From an uncultured Gemmatimonadales bacterium (GTDB taxonomy: Bacteria > Gemmatimonadota > Gemmatimonadetes > Gemmatimonadales > GWC2-71-9): DNA of 64,000 nucleotides. The translations under genes and the position numbers were made by a program. The notes below the pieces were generated by a model. The model worked only from the letters and a program-made list of their open reading frames with translations, was not told the origin of the DNA and searched no databases. The stretch spans positions 288,001 to 352,000 of the forward strand of contig CAWCFX010000004.1 of the NCBI GenBank assembly GCA_963795085.1, read 5' to 3'. Of the stretch, positions 20,163-29,890 are shown piece after piece; positions within the stretch are counted from its first letter, which is position 1, and the number at the start of each line of letters is the position of its first letter.

Positions 20163-21443
20163 ATGCTGCTAGCGCTTCTGGCCATGCTCCAGCTGGGCAC
20201 CGCCCAGGACTCGGTGCCCCGGGTGACCTTGAACCAGGCCCTGGAACGGGCGAGCCGGCTCGATCCGGACTATGTCCAGGCCCTGGGGTCGGTCGCCACC
20301 GCCGAGTGGGGGCGCCGCGCGGCGTTCCTGGCCTTCGTGATCCCCTCGGTGGACCTCCAGTTGGACTATACCAAGTATTCCACCGGGTTCTTCAACATCG
20401 GGACGCTGCAGCAATCGTCGACCTCCGCGACCTTCAACGCATCGGCCTCGTACGAGCTGTTTTCGATGCGGAAGTTCAGCGAACTTGGCCGCAGCCGGGC
20501 GGTGCTCGATGAAGCCGAGGCCGGAGGACTGCAGGCCCGGTTCGTGGCGGCGCTGCGCACCGAGTCAGCCTACTACGATGTGCTGGCCAACCAGGACCTG
20601 GCGCGGTTGGCCCTGGAACGTCAGCGCCGCGCCCGGGAGGCCTTCGGCGTCGCGCGGGCCCGGGTGCTGTCCGGGGCCGCCGTGCAGAGCGACTCGCTGC
20701 AGCTGATGCTGGAACTGACCGGCGCCGAGGTTGACGTGCTGCGCCAGCGCTCTGCCCTGCGGGTGGCCCAGCTTCAACTGGGCCGCCGCATCGGTACGCC
20801 CGGCCCGGTGGATGCCGTGCCGCTCGACTCCGCGGCCCTGGGGCCGCTTCCCATTGAACTGGACGCCGCCGTACAACTCGCGCTGGACCAGGGGCCCCAG
20901 TTCCGGGCCGCCCGCGCCAGCGAGCGCGCGGCCGAAGCGCTGCTCAAGGGCCGCCGTGGTGAGTATCTGCCCCGGCTCACCATCAACGCGGGGCATTCCC
21001 GGTTCGATACCGAGGTGTTCCCGGACGCCTTTGCCGTTTCGTCGCTGCAGCTCGCGGTGCGGCTCCCCATCTGGGACAACGCCCAGCGCGAGATCGGCAT
21101 TAGCCAGGCCCGGGTGACGCGCGATGTCTCCCGGGCCATCCGGGAGGACCTGGAGCGGTCGGCCCAGGCCGACGTGACCGCCGCGTACGAGGCCTACCAG
21201 ACCGCCCGCGCCACCGCCGAGTTGGGACGGACCGCGGTGCTGGTGGCCCGGGAGAACTACCGGGTGCAGGATGCCCGCTACCGGGCCGGGGCCTCGCCGA
21301 TTCTCGACTTGCTGGGCGCCCAGGTGAGTCTCACCGTCGCGGAGAGCAACCTGGTCCAGGCCCGCTTCGCGTTACGACTCGCGCTGGCGGGTCTCGAAGC
21401 GATCATCGGGCGGCGCTTGATCGAAGACAGGATATTACCGTGA
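20163..21443 (+). CDS. TolC-family outer membrane efflux protein
   Basis: Signal peptide, two OEP halves, ARYRAGASPILDLLGAQ; located in the RND operon. Confidence 0.9.
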   Translation: MLLALLAMLQLGTAQDSVPRVTLNQALERASRLDPDYVQALGSVATAEWGRRAAFLAFVIPSVDLQLDYTKYSTGFFNIGTLQQSSTSATFNASASYELFSMRKFSELGRSRAVLDEAEAGGLQARFVAALRTESAYYDVLANQDLARLALERQRRAREAFGVARARVLSGAAVQSDSLQLMLELTGAEVDVLRQRSALRVAQLQLGRRIGTPGPVDAVPLDSAALGPLPIELDAAVQLALDQGPQFRAARASERAAEALLKGRRGEYLPRLTINAGHSRFDTEVFPDAFAVSSLQLAVRLPIWDNAQREIGISQARVTRDVSRAIREDLERSAQADVTAAYEAYQTARATAELGRTAVLVARENYRVQDARYRAGASPILDLLGAQVSLTVAESNLVQARFALRLALAGLEAIIGRRLIEDRILP

Positions 21444-22561
21444 ACCATCATACTGGCGGCGGAATAGTGACTGACTTCCGAGAGTTGTCTCGTACCCTCG
21501 TGTTGTTCCTGGGAGTGGCCGCGGCGGCCTGCGGAAAAAAAGACGCTGGCGCCGCCGGTGGCGAAGGGGGCGGCCCTCCCGGGGGGTTCGCCATGCCGGT
21601 GGAGGTCGCCGTCGCCAGCCGGGACACGGTGGTCGAAGCGCTCCAGGCGACCGGCCAGATCGAAGCCGTGCAGTCCATCGACCTGAAGCCGGAAGTGGAA
21701 GGCCGGATCACGGCCATCCTGATCAGAGAAGGCCAGAATGTGGGGAAGGGCGCCCCGCTGTTCCGCATTGACGATGCCGAGCTCAAGGCCCAGGTCGCCC
21801 AGGCCGAAGCGGAATGGGACCTGGCCAGCCAGGCGCTCAAGCGGACCCGTGACCTGCTGGCGCAGAACGCGTCGTCCGCCGCCGACCTGGAGCGAGCCGA
21901 GGCAACGGAGCGCTCCACCCGGGCCCAGCGGGACCTGCTCAAGGTGCGCGAGGACCGCACCACCGTCCGGGCGCCGTTCGGCGGCGTGGTGGGCCAGCGG
22001 TCGGTCAGCCTGGGCGACTATGTCACGACCGCCACGACGCTCATCTCGCTGCAAACGGTGGATCCGCAGCGGGCGGTCTTCACGGTCCCGGAGCGCTACG
22101 CCGAACGCCTGCAGTCCGGCCAGCGGGTCCAGATCCGGGTCGCATCGCTGGCGAACCGGGAGTTCACCGGGGTGGTGGATTTCGTGGACCCGGTGGTCCA
22201 GCAGCCGGCCCGCACCATCCTGGTCAAGGCCCAGGTGTCCAACGGGCGGCGCCAGCTGCAGCCGGGCATGTTCATCGAAGCCCGGCTGGCCACCGAGGTG
22301 CGGCCCAACGCCGTGCTGGTGCCCGAGGAAGCCATCGTGCCCATGCAGGGCGGCAGTTTTGTCTGGGTGGTGGTGGACGGCAAAGCCGCCCGGCGCGAGG
22401 TAGGGTTGGGAATCCGGATCCCCGGGTTCGTGGAAATCCGCAGTGGAGTGGACGAGGGCGAACAGGTCATCGTGGGCGGGATGGAGCGCATCGCGATGGA
22501 TGGCATGCCGGTCAACCCGGCGGTCGTGGAGCGTGCTGCGGCGACCCCGCGGGAGAACTGA
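21440..22561 (+). CDS. RND periplasmic adaptor (membrane fusion protein), lipoprotein
   Basis: AAAC lipobox, VRAPFGGVV, LQPGMF, VLVPEEAI. Confidence 0.92.
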   Translation: MNHHTGGGIVTDFRELSRTLVLFLGVAAAACGKKDAGAAGGEGGGPPGGFAMPVEVAVASRDTVVEALQATGQIEAVQSIDLKPEVEGRITAILIREGQNVGKGAPLFRIDDAELKAQVAQAEAEWDLASQALKRTRDLLAQNASSAADLERAEATERSTRAQRDLLKVREDRTTVRAPFGGVVGQRSVSLGDYVTTATTLISLQTVDPQRAVFTVPERYAERLQSGQRVQIRVASLANREFTGVVDFVDPVVQQPARTILVKAQVSNGRRQLQPGMFIEARLATEVRPNAVLVPEEAIVPMQGGSFVWVVVDGKAARREVGLGIRIPGFVEIRSGVDEGEQVIVGGMERIAMDGMPVNPAVVERAAATPREN

Positions 22562-22563
22562 CG

Positions 22564-22887
22564 CTACAACAACCCCGACTTGGCCGCCTGCCACAGTTTG
22601 CAGAGCCGGTCAAAACCATCCTGCAGGATCTCGACTTGCTGGGGACTGGGGCTGGCGGCGATGGCCAGTTCCAGTTCCCCCGCGATGATCCCCATCTCCC
22701 GGCGCGCCGCCCGGGCGCTTTCCTCCTTGATGCTGGCGATCACCTGTACCAGCTCGGCTCGGACTGCGGCATCGCCGGGCACCTGCCAGAGATACTCGGT
22801 CGAGGACTTCCCCTTGAAGCACAGTTCGCCCAGCGGATCCATGAGAGGGAACGAGGACCTGCGGGGGCCGGCAGGGGGCTGATTCAT
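22564..22887 (-). CDS. Small helical protein resembling a His-less CheA-P1/HPt domain
   Basis: PGDAAVRAELVQVIASIKEESA...IAGELE...PQQVEILQDGFDRL resembles the P1 helix pattern; no His in the protein. Confidence 0.55.
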   Translation of the reverse strand: MNQPPAGPRRSSFPLMDPLGELCFKGKSSTEYLWQVPGDAAVRAELVQVIASIKEESARAARREMGIIAGELELAIAASPSPQQVEILQDGFDRLCKLWQAAKSGLL

Positions 22888-22925
22888 GGCCTGCTCCGAA
22901 TCGAATGAGTACCGATGGGTGGCGA

Positions 22926-23381
22926 TCAGTCGCCGGTGCCGCGGTTCAGGAGGCGAAGCGTCTGTTCGTCCCGGGCGCCACCATAATACCTGGCGAGTAT
23001 CAGGTCAAACACCGAATCCGGCTGGGACACCTCCGCAAACAACGTCGCGCATGACCGGAGCTTCAGATCATCCGGCCGGCCGAAGATCTCCAGCGCGCTC
23101 CGGCCCTTCACCGCCATCGCTGCCTCGGCGCACTGGACCAGGCGGGGTCCCAGCACCGGGTGCGCCAGGTACGCCCGGGCCTCTTCGAGGTCCCGGATCG
23201 CGAAATGCCGTGCGGTGGCACTCGAACCCAGCCCGGCCAACTGGGGAAAGATGTACCACATCCAGTGGCTGCGTTTCCGGCCATCCGTGATCTCGGCCAG
23301 GGCTCGCTGGTAGTCATGCTGCTGGGCGCGGGTGAAACGCGCCAGGTCGAAACGGTCCTGATCCGGGAAGCTGGTCGTCAT
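22926..23381 (-). CDS. DUF1810 family protein
   Basis: FDLARF, GRKRSHWMWYIFPQ, AYLAHPVLGPRL, DDLKLRSCATLF. Confidence 0.9.
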   Translation of the reverse strand: MTTSFPDQDRFDLARFTRAQQHDYQRALAEITDGRKRSHWMWYIFPQLAGLGSSATARHFAIRDLEEARAYLAHPVLGPRLVQCAEAAMAVKGRSALEIFGRPDDLKLRSCATLFAEVSQPDSVFDLILARYYGGARDEQTLRLLNRGTGD

Positions 23382-23495
23382 GTATGGCCGGTGAAGTTCC
23401 CCTGGACGCGGGCGGGGCCAGTCCCTGCGGCGGTCGAAATCAAATTATGTTGCCTGACGACGTGGTTCCAGTCGGCACCGACCCTTTCCGAGAGC

Positions 23496-23942
23496 ATGGC
23501 CATGGGACAGACCTGCCGCGAAATCATGACCCAGAACCCCGCCTGCGCCGAACCCGGCGACACGGTGGAACAGGTCGCGGTTCTGATGGGCACGCACAAT
23601 GTCGGCTCGGTCCCGGTCGTGGAGTCGCGGGAGTCGCTGTCGCCGGTCGGCATCGTGACGGACCGCGATCTCACGCTCAAGGTATTGGCGACGGGCCGCG
23701 ACCCGCGGCAGGTCAAGGTCGGCGAGGTAATGACCCCGCGCCCGATCACCTGCCACCCCGACGACCAGATCAGCCGGGCGCTGGAGACCATGGGCCGCCA
23801 CAAGGTGCGGCGCCTCCCGGTGGTGGAGCACGGCAAGGTCATCGGCATCATCGCCCAGGCGGACATCGCGATCCGCCTCAATGCCCCCGCCGACACCGCC
23901 GCCCTGGTCGAAGAGATATCCCGCGAGTGGAAGGACATGTGA
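23496..23942 (+). CDS. CBS-pair domain protein
   Basis: CREIMT, GIVTDRDL, VMT, VRRLPVV, GIIAQADI; start at 23496 or 23502. Confidence 0.9.
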   Translation: MAMGQTCREIMTQNPACAEPGDTVEQVAVLMGTHNVGSVPVVESRESLSPVGIVTDRDLTLKVLATGRDPRQVKVGEVMTPRPITCHPDDQISRALETMGRHKVRRLPVVEHGKVIGIIAQADIAIRLNAPADTAALVEEISREWKDM

Positions 23943-25855
23943 AGCTCGCCCTCCTGTTCGCCGCGCTGGCGGGCCTGGCGCCCGGGATCCTCGATGCGCA
24001 GGTCGCCGGCCGGTGGAGGCTTTCGCTCGACCTGCTTCCCGGGTCTTCCGTCTCCGGTGAACTGGTCCTCACCGAAGAACCGGGTGGCAGGCTGCTCCTC
24101 GAAAATCGCGACTCCGCCTGGATGCCGCTGCGTGAGGTCCGCTTCGCCGGCGATTCCGTCGCCTTTACGGTGCTGGCCGGCTCCCGGCTGCGCTTTGAGG
24201 GAAGCCGTGCTGGATCCGCGCTTTCGGGCATCCTGGCGGCCGAAGGCGGCAGGCGGGTCCCCTGGCGCGCGGTGCGACTGGATCCGGAGGAAGAGTTCTA
24301 CGCGGCGGTACCGCGATTCGTCCAGCGCCAGATGACCATCGGCGCCGACCCACCCCTGGTCGTTCCCGGCCAGTGGCTGGCGGCCTCCCATGCCATGGGC
24401 GAAAGGCCCGAGTCCGCCACGACCCGGTACACCGAGGTCGCCCTCCGGTCGGGCCTCGCACCGCTTCCTCCCGACAGCGTCCAGGGGCTGGCGCTGTTCC
24501 GTGCGATGGGCCTGTTCGACCGCGAGGGGTTGCACCGGGCCGCGCTGGGCACGCTCGAGAACATGCGACGGTCGCTGGCGAACGACACCTCGGTGGCCCG
24601 GTTCGATAACCTCTTCCGGCCCGGTGGCCGCTGGCAGGTGGATATCCACGATGTCGCCCTGGCCCGGGCCCGCCGGCCTTTTCCGACCCTGCACTGGGCA
24701 TCCGCGGAGCCCGCGCTCGCCGCGGCGGGCCTCATCGAACGCCGGGCCGGAGTGGACGCGCTGCCGCTGGCCCTCTACCGTCTCGCCGTACAGGCCCAGA
24801 ACGATACCCTGGCCTGGCGGACTACAATCGCGACCATCCGGCAGGCGGACGCGTCGAGCGCAGCCGCGGTCCTGGCGCTGGTCTCAGGGTACGGCGAGGC
24901 GAGCGAGTGGTACGGGCAAGCCATGCAGTTCCTGCTCACTGCAGACTGGATCCCGGCCGGCGGCCGGACTCGTTCGGCGGCGGACCTGGTCCGCGAGGCG
25001 TGGGGTTCTTCGGCGCCGGTTCCCGACATCAGGGCACGGTCGTTTGGCTATCCCGAAGGCGCCGTCCGCATCGGGACCGACAGTCTGCTCGCCGCCCGGA
25101 TTCTTCAGCCGGAGAACGCCTCGGCGCGGGACTGGATTGCCCGCCACGGCTACCGCCGCCTCCTCCAGGCGATACACCGGCTTCGGGTGCCGGCCGGCGA
25201 GGCCACCCGGCTCGCGGCAGGGAAGGCTTCCTACCGGCTGAGTTCCGTCGAGTGGTATGCGGGAGAGTCTTTCAGCGGATTCCTGGAGCCCCGCGACCTG
25301 ATTCTCCTCGATCCCAGCTACAGCCCCTTGCTGGCGCTGGGGACCCTGGTGCATGAGTGGCAGCACATCCTCCAGGGCCGGGCGAGGCAGGTCCTCGGGC
25401 CCGGCGGCGGGTTTGCCCAGGACGGGGAACAGGTCCGGATTCAGGTCCCCGATCCTTTCCTGGCCGAGGGGCTTGCCGAGTGGATGACGGAAACCATCCT
25501 GGCGCCGGCCGTGGCCGAGTATCCGCTACTGGCGTTCGGCGAAACCGAGAAGCGGATCTCACTTCCGCAGAACGACCCGCACAACCTCGGTTATCTGCTG
25601 GTCCGGACGCTGGCCCGGACGCTCAACGATGTGGAGGCCACCCGCCGCCTGCTGGTGGAGGCGACCGGCGATGCCCGGGTCGTGGTGCTCGACCCCCGGA
25701 TCCGGCGGGCCTGGAGCCGGTTTCGGGGGCCGGACCGGCCGGTTGCCCGCCACGGGGATCCGGTCCTGCTGCCGGAGGCGATTTTCACGATCGAGGACGG
25801 CGAGCCCGATCTGGTTCAGTCCCGCATCATTGCTCCCTATATTTCGGCCCCATGA
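23939..25855 (+). CDS. Secreted gluzincin-like metallopeptidase
   Basis: Signal peptide; LVHEWQH (HExxH) and a downstream LAEGLAEW third-ligand motif; GTGA overlap. Confidence 0.7.
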   Translation: MKLALLFAALAGLAPGILDAQVAGRWRLSLDLLPGSSVSGELVLTEEPGGRLLLENRDSAWMPLREVRFAGDSVAFTVLAGSRLRFEGSRAGSALSGILAAEGGRRVPWRAVRLDPEEEFYAAVPRFVQRQMTIGADPPLVVPGQWLAASHAMGERPESATTRYTEVALRSGLAPLPPDSVQGLALFRAMGLFDREGLHRAALGTLENMRRSLANDTSVARFDNLFRPGGRWQVDIHDVALARARRPFPTLHWASAEPALAAAGLIERRAGVDALPLALYRLAVQAQNDTLAWRTTIATIRQADASSAAAVLALVSGYGEASEWYGQAMQFLLTADWIPAGGRTRSAADLVREAWGSSAPVPDIRARSFGYPEGAVRIGTDSLLAARILQPENASARDWIARHGYRRLLQAIHRLRVPAGEATRLAAGKASYRLSSVEWYAGESFSGFLEPRDLILLDPSYSPLLALGTLVHEWQHILQGRARQVLGPGGGFAQDGEQVRIQVPDPFLAEGLAEWMTETILAPAVAEYPLLAFGETEKRISLPQNDPHNLGYLLVRTLARTLNDVEATRRLLVEATGDARVVVLDPRIRRAWSRFRGPDRPVARHGDPVLLPEAIFTIEDGEPDLVQSRIIAPYISAP

Positions 25856-27447
25856 AACTCCCCTTTGTAACCCTGGGAATCCTGGCGCTGTACGGGAGCC
25901 CGCTCCCGGCCCAGGTGACCACGGCCGAGCAGACGGGGTATCGGGAGACTTCGGCCTACAGCGAGGTCTTCGGGTTCCTGGATTCCCTGGAACGGAGAAC
26001 CGGCGACCTGCTCCGCTGGCGGCTGGGCACGACAGCCGAAGGCCGGGAACTGCCGGTCGTCCTGGCGTCCCGGCCCATGGTGCACGGGCCAGCGGCGGCC
26101 CACCGGTCGGGCAAGCCGCTGGTCTATCTCCAGGCCAACATTCACGGCGGCGAAGTAGAGGGGAAAGAGGCGGTGCAGATGCTCCTGAGGGACCTGACGA
26201 CCGGTGCCCTGCGGCCGCTGCTGGACAGCATCATCCTGCTGGTTGTCCCTATCTACAACGCCGATGGGAACGAGCGCCTGGCCCCGGCCGACCGCAACCG
26301 GCCCGGCCAGAACGGGCCGCCGGAGGTGGGCGAGCGGTCCAACGGCCAGGGACTCGATCTCAACCGTGATTACGTAAAGCAGGAGGCCCCGGAAACCCGG
26401 GCCGCGCTGGCCCTTCTCGACCGCTGGAATCCGGATTTCTTCATTGACCTGCATACCACCAACGGCAGCTATCACGGATACCTGCTGACCTATTCCCCGG
26501 GGCTGAACCCCAACAGTGCACCGGCCAACGAATACGTGCGGGACCGGTTTCTCCCCGCCATCCGGGAACGGATGCGGCGCCGGCACGGTCAGGAGACGTT
26601 CTGGTACGGGAACTTCCGGAACCAGACGCCGGACTCGCTGGTACAGGGATGGGAGACCTACGATGGGCGGGCGCGCTACGGGACCAACCTGGCCGGGCTG
26701 CAGGGGCGGATTTCCATCCTGAGCGAGGCCTACAGCAACGCGCCGTTCCAGGACCGGGTGTCGGTGACCTATAACTTCGTCCGTGAAATCCTGAGCCTGG
26801 CCGCGGAGGAGCGGAGCCAGGTGAAATCGGTGGTCGCGGCGACCAGCCGCTACCGCCCCGACTCGGTGGTGCTTCGCTCCGCGCTGGCCCCGGCCACCGA
26901 GCAGGACGTGATCGCAGAGCTCACGGAGCCGGCCGGCGACGGGGCGGGGCCGTTCGCGCAGCGGCGGCGAACCGGGGAGTACCGCACCATTCGCATGCCG
27001 GTGTACGACCGGTTTGTGGGGGTGCGGCGAACAGCCCGGCCGGCGGGCTACCTGGTGCCGCCCCAGCACGGCCACCTGGTCACCCTGCTGCACCGCCAGG
27101 GTGTACTGGTCCAGCGGTTCCGAGTGCAGTGGAGCGGGGCGGCCGAAACATTCATGGTGGACAGCGTTTCGGTGGCTCGCGGCGTCTTCGAAGGGCACCG
27201 CACGATCGCGGTGGAGGGCCGCTGGGGCCGGGTCGAAGCCGTCGCGGCGCCCGGCTGGTTCTATGTTTCCACCGATCAGCCGCTCGGGGTCCTGGCGGCG
27301 TACCTGCTGGAGCCCGAGAGCGAAGACGGGTTCGCAACCTGGAACCTGCTGGATCGCGACCTCAGGCCCCGTGCCAGGTTTCCGGTCATCCGGGTCATCC
27401 ATCCCATCCTGGGCGGACTGGTCGTGGTCGGTCCGGAGGAGAACTGA
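25852..27447 (+). CDS. M14 family zinc carboxypeptidase
   Basis: NIHGGEVEGKE, YNADG, DLNRD, IDLHTT; signal peptide. Confidence 0.9.
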   Translation: MKLPFVTLGILALYGSPLPAQVTTAEQTGYRETSAYSEVFGFLDSLERRTGDLLRWRLGTTAEGRELPVVLASRPMVHGPAAAHRSGKPLVYLQANIHGGEVEGKEAVQMLLRDLTTGALRPLLDSIILLVVPIYNADGNERLAPADRNRPGQNGPPEVGERSNGQGLDLNRDYVKQEAPETRAALALLDRWNPDFFIDLHTTNGSYHGYLLTYSPGLNPNSAPANEYVRDRFLPAIRERMRRRHGQETFWYGNFRNQTPDSLVQGWETYDGRARYGTNLAGLQGRISILSEAYSNAPFQDRVSVTYNFVREILSLAAEERSQVKSVVAATSRYRPDSVVLRSALAPATEQDVIAELTEPAGDGAGPFAQRRRTGEYRTIRMPVYDRFVGVRRTARPAGYLVPPQHGHLVTLLHRQGVLVQRFRVQWSGAAETFMVDSVSVARGVFEGHRTIAVEGRWGRVEAVAAPGWFYVSTDQPLGVLAAYLLEPESEDGFATWNLLDRDLRPRARFPVIRVIHPILGGLVVVGPEEN

Positions 27448-27448
27448 A

Positions 27449-27913
27449 ATGGCCGTGTTGAAGGCGGGTGACCGGGCGCCGGCATTCGCGTTGCCCGCTG
27501 ATACGGGAGAGACCATCTCGCTCGGCGCCCTCCAGGGCAAGCCGGTGGTGCTCTATTTCTATCCCAAGGACGATACCAGCGGGTGCACGACCCAGGCCTG
27601 CGAGTTCCGCGACAGCTGGCGCGAGGTCCGGCAATCAGGTGCCGTGGTCCTCGGCGTATCGCCGGACGGGGTGACGTCGCACCAGAAGTTCCGCCGGAAG
27701 TACGACCTGCCCTTCCCGCTCCTGGCCGACCAGGACCACGCTGTCGCGGAGGCCTACGGCGCGTGGGGCGAGAAGTCGATGTACGGCAGGAAGTACCAGG
27801 GAATCCTGCGGACCACGTTTGTCATCGGGGCGGACGGCAGGATCCTGAAGGTGTTTGAAAAAGTGAAACCCAGGGGCCATGCGGCCCAGGTGCTGGACAC
27901 GCTGCGGGGCTGA
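27449..27913 (+). CDS. bcp: Peroxiredoxin Bcp/PrxQ
   Basis: YFYPKDDTSGCTTQACEFRD, EKSMYGRKY, RTTFVI. Confidence 0.93.
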   Translation: MAVLKAGDRAPAFALPADTGETISLGALQGKPVVLYFYPKDDTSGCTTQACEFRDSWREVRQSGAVVLGVSPDGVTSHQKFRRKYDLPFPLLADQDHAVAEAYGAWGEKSMYGRKYQGILRTTFVIGADGRILKVFEKVKPRGHAAQVLDTLRG

Positions 27914-27974
27914 GCGGTCTCACCCGGGCGGCGGCCCGTCATGCCAATCAACAAAACGATGGAGTCATCGAGCG

Positions 27975-29045
27975 ATGCGAGGATGGAGTATTCTGGGAGC
28001 CGGCATGTTGGGGATGGGCGGGCTCGGCCTGGCATTGGCCGGCTGCGGCCGGCCCGGCACGGCGGCGGTCACGGTGCAGCCGGAGCCGGGCGAGGCGCAT
28101 CTGGCCAACATCCGGCAGCTTACGTCCGGCGGCAACAATGCCGAGTCGTACTTTTCCAAGTCGGGCCGGCAGCTGATCTTCCAGCGGCAGGAGGAGGTCA
28201 ACGCCGGCTGCGACCAGCAATACATCATCAATCTCGATGGTACCGGTATGCGCCGGGTCTCCAATGGCCAGGGCCGCACCACCTGCGGGTATTTCTACGA
28301 CAACGACCGCCGCATCTTCTACAGTTCGACCTTCCGGCACTCGCCCGCCTGCCCCGCGCCGCCAGATCGCTCCCGGGGGTACGTCTGGCCACTTGACCCC
28401 CTGGAGATCTACACATCCAGGACCGACGGTTCCGATCTGCGGCAACTGACCGATAATGGCGCCTACAATGCCGAGGGTACGCTATCCCCGGATGGCCGGA
28501 CCATCATCTTCACCAGCACCCGGGACGGCGATATCGAGCTGTACACCATGAACGTGGACGGCAGCAACGTGCGCCGGCTGACCCACCGGGTCGGCTACGA
28601 CGGGGGTGCCTTCTTCTCGCCCGACGGCCGCCATCTCGTGTGGCGGGCCGGCTATCCGGCCACCACCGCCGACACGGCCGACTACCTGGGCCTGCTGGCC
28701 CAGCGCCTGGTGCGACCCTCCCGGGTTGAACTGTGGATGGCCGATGCCGACGGCGGGAACCCGCGGCAGGTCACCCGGCTCGGCGGGGCCAACTTCGCGC
28801 CCTACTTCCATCCTGATGGCCGGCGGATCATCTTTTCGTCCAACTACGAGAATCCCCGGAGCCGGAACTTCGACCTGTTCCTCATCAACACCGACGGCAC
28901 CGGCCTCACCAGGATCACCTCGCACGGCGATTTCGACGGGTTCCCGGTGTTCAGCCCCGACGGGCGGAAACTGGTCTGGGCGTCCAACCGTCATTCCAGA
29001 GAAGAAGGCGAGACCAACCTGTTCGTGGCGGACTGGGTGGAGTAG
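27975..29045 (+). CDS. TolB-like (PD40) beta-propeller lipoprotein
   Basis: LAGC lipobox; repeated FSPDGR..IF.S motifs. Confidence 0.88.
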   Translation: MRGWSILGAGMLGMGGLGLALAGCGRPGTAAVTVQPEPGEAHLANIRQLTSGGNNAESYFSKSGRQLIFQRQEEVNAGCDQQYIINLDGTGMRRVSNGQGRTTCGYFYDNDRRIFYSSTFRHSPACPAPPDRSRGYVWPLDPLEIYTSRTDGSDLRQLTDNGAYNAEGTLSPDGRTIIFTSTRDGDIELYTMNVDGSNVRRLTHRVGYDGGAFFSPDGRHLVWRAGYPATTADTADYLGLLAQRLVRPSRVELWMADADGGNPRQVTRLGGANFAPYFHPDGRRIIFSSNYENPRSRNFDLFLINTDGTGLTRITSHGDFDGFPVFSPDGRKLVWASNRHSREEGETNLFVADWVE

Positions 29046-29107
29046 GGCATGCCTTCAGGTTTCAGACTGCTGATCGCCATCGCGGTAGCCACTAGCCGGG
29101 ACATTTC

Positions 29108-29860
29108 ATGAGCACGAGCACGACCCCGACCGCCGAGACCCCTGATGGAGGTTCTCACCACCCTCGCGCATTCACCGCCTGGCTCTGGGACTGGACCAAG
29201 TCCATCGCCATTGCGCTGGTGGTGTGGATGGTGCTTCGGACCTTTCTGATCGAAGCCTTCCGGATTCCATCCGGCAGCATGGAAAACACCCTGCTGGTCG
29301 GCGACTTCCTGTTCGTGAACAAGGCGCTGTACGGGGCCGAGGTCCCGTTCACCGGCCGCCGGCTCCCGGCGGTCCGCGAACCGGAGCGGGGCGACATCCT
29401 GGTCTTCGATTCGGTCGAAGAAGAAGACATGAAAGTGGTGAAGCGGCTGGTCGGCATGCCCGGCGATACGCTGAGCATGGTGGAAGGCGATCTCTTCCTG
29501 AACGGCCAGCGGGTGAACGAGCCCTATGCCGTGCGCAGCGATCCCAACAAAAGCGAAGAGCCCCTGCAGCGGGCCAAGATGCGCCGGTGGCAGGTCAACC
29601 ACCTGGTCGGCCGCGACCCCGCCACCTATCAGCCCGACCTGCATGACTGGGGACCGATCGTGGTACCGGCCGATTCGTTTTTCATGATGGGGGACAACCG
29701 GGACAGTTCCTACGACGGCCGCTACTGGGGATTCCTTCCCCGCCTTCATGTCCGGGGCCGGCCGCTGGTGGTGTACTTCAGCTACGATAAGACCAGCTAC
29801 AAGCCGCTGCCCTTTCTCTCCGCGATCCGGTGGGGAAGACTGCTGAGTACGCCGGACTGA
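29108..29860 (+). CDS. lepB: Signal peptidase I
   Basis: IPSGSMENTL (catalytic Ser), VKRLVGMPGD (catalytic Lys), MGDNRDSSYDGRYWG. Confidence 0.95.
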   Translation: MSTSTTPTAETPDGGSHHPRAFTAWLWDWTKSIAIALVVWMVLRTFLIEAFRIPSGSMENTLLVGDFLFVNKALYGAEVPFTGRRLPAVREPERGDILVFDSVEEEDMKVVKRLVGMPGDTLSMVEGDLFLNGQRVNEPYAVRSDPNKSEEPLQRAKMRRWQVNHLVGRDPATYQPDLHDWGPIVVPADSFFMMGDNRDSSYDGRYWGFLPRLHVRGRPLVVYFSYDKTSYKPLPFLSAIRWGRLLSTPD

Positions 29861-29864
29861 CCCG

Positions 29865-29890
29865 GCACTCTGCACTCTGCACTCTGCACT
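29865..29890. repeat. Heptamer tandem repeat (GCACTCT, 3.7 copies) between convergent genes
   Basis: GCACTCT GCACTCT GCACTCT GCACT. Confidence 0.85.
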
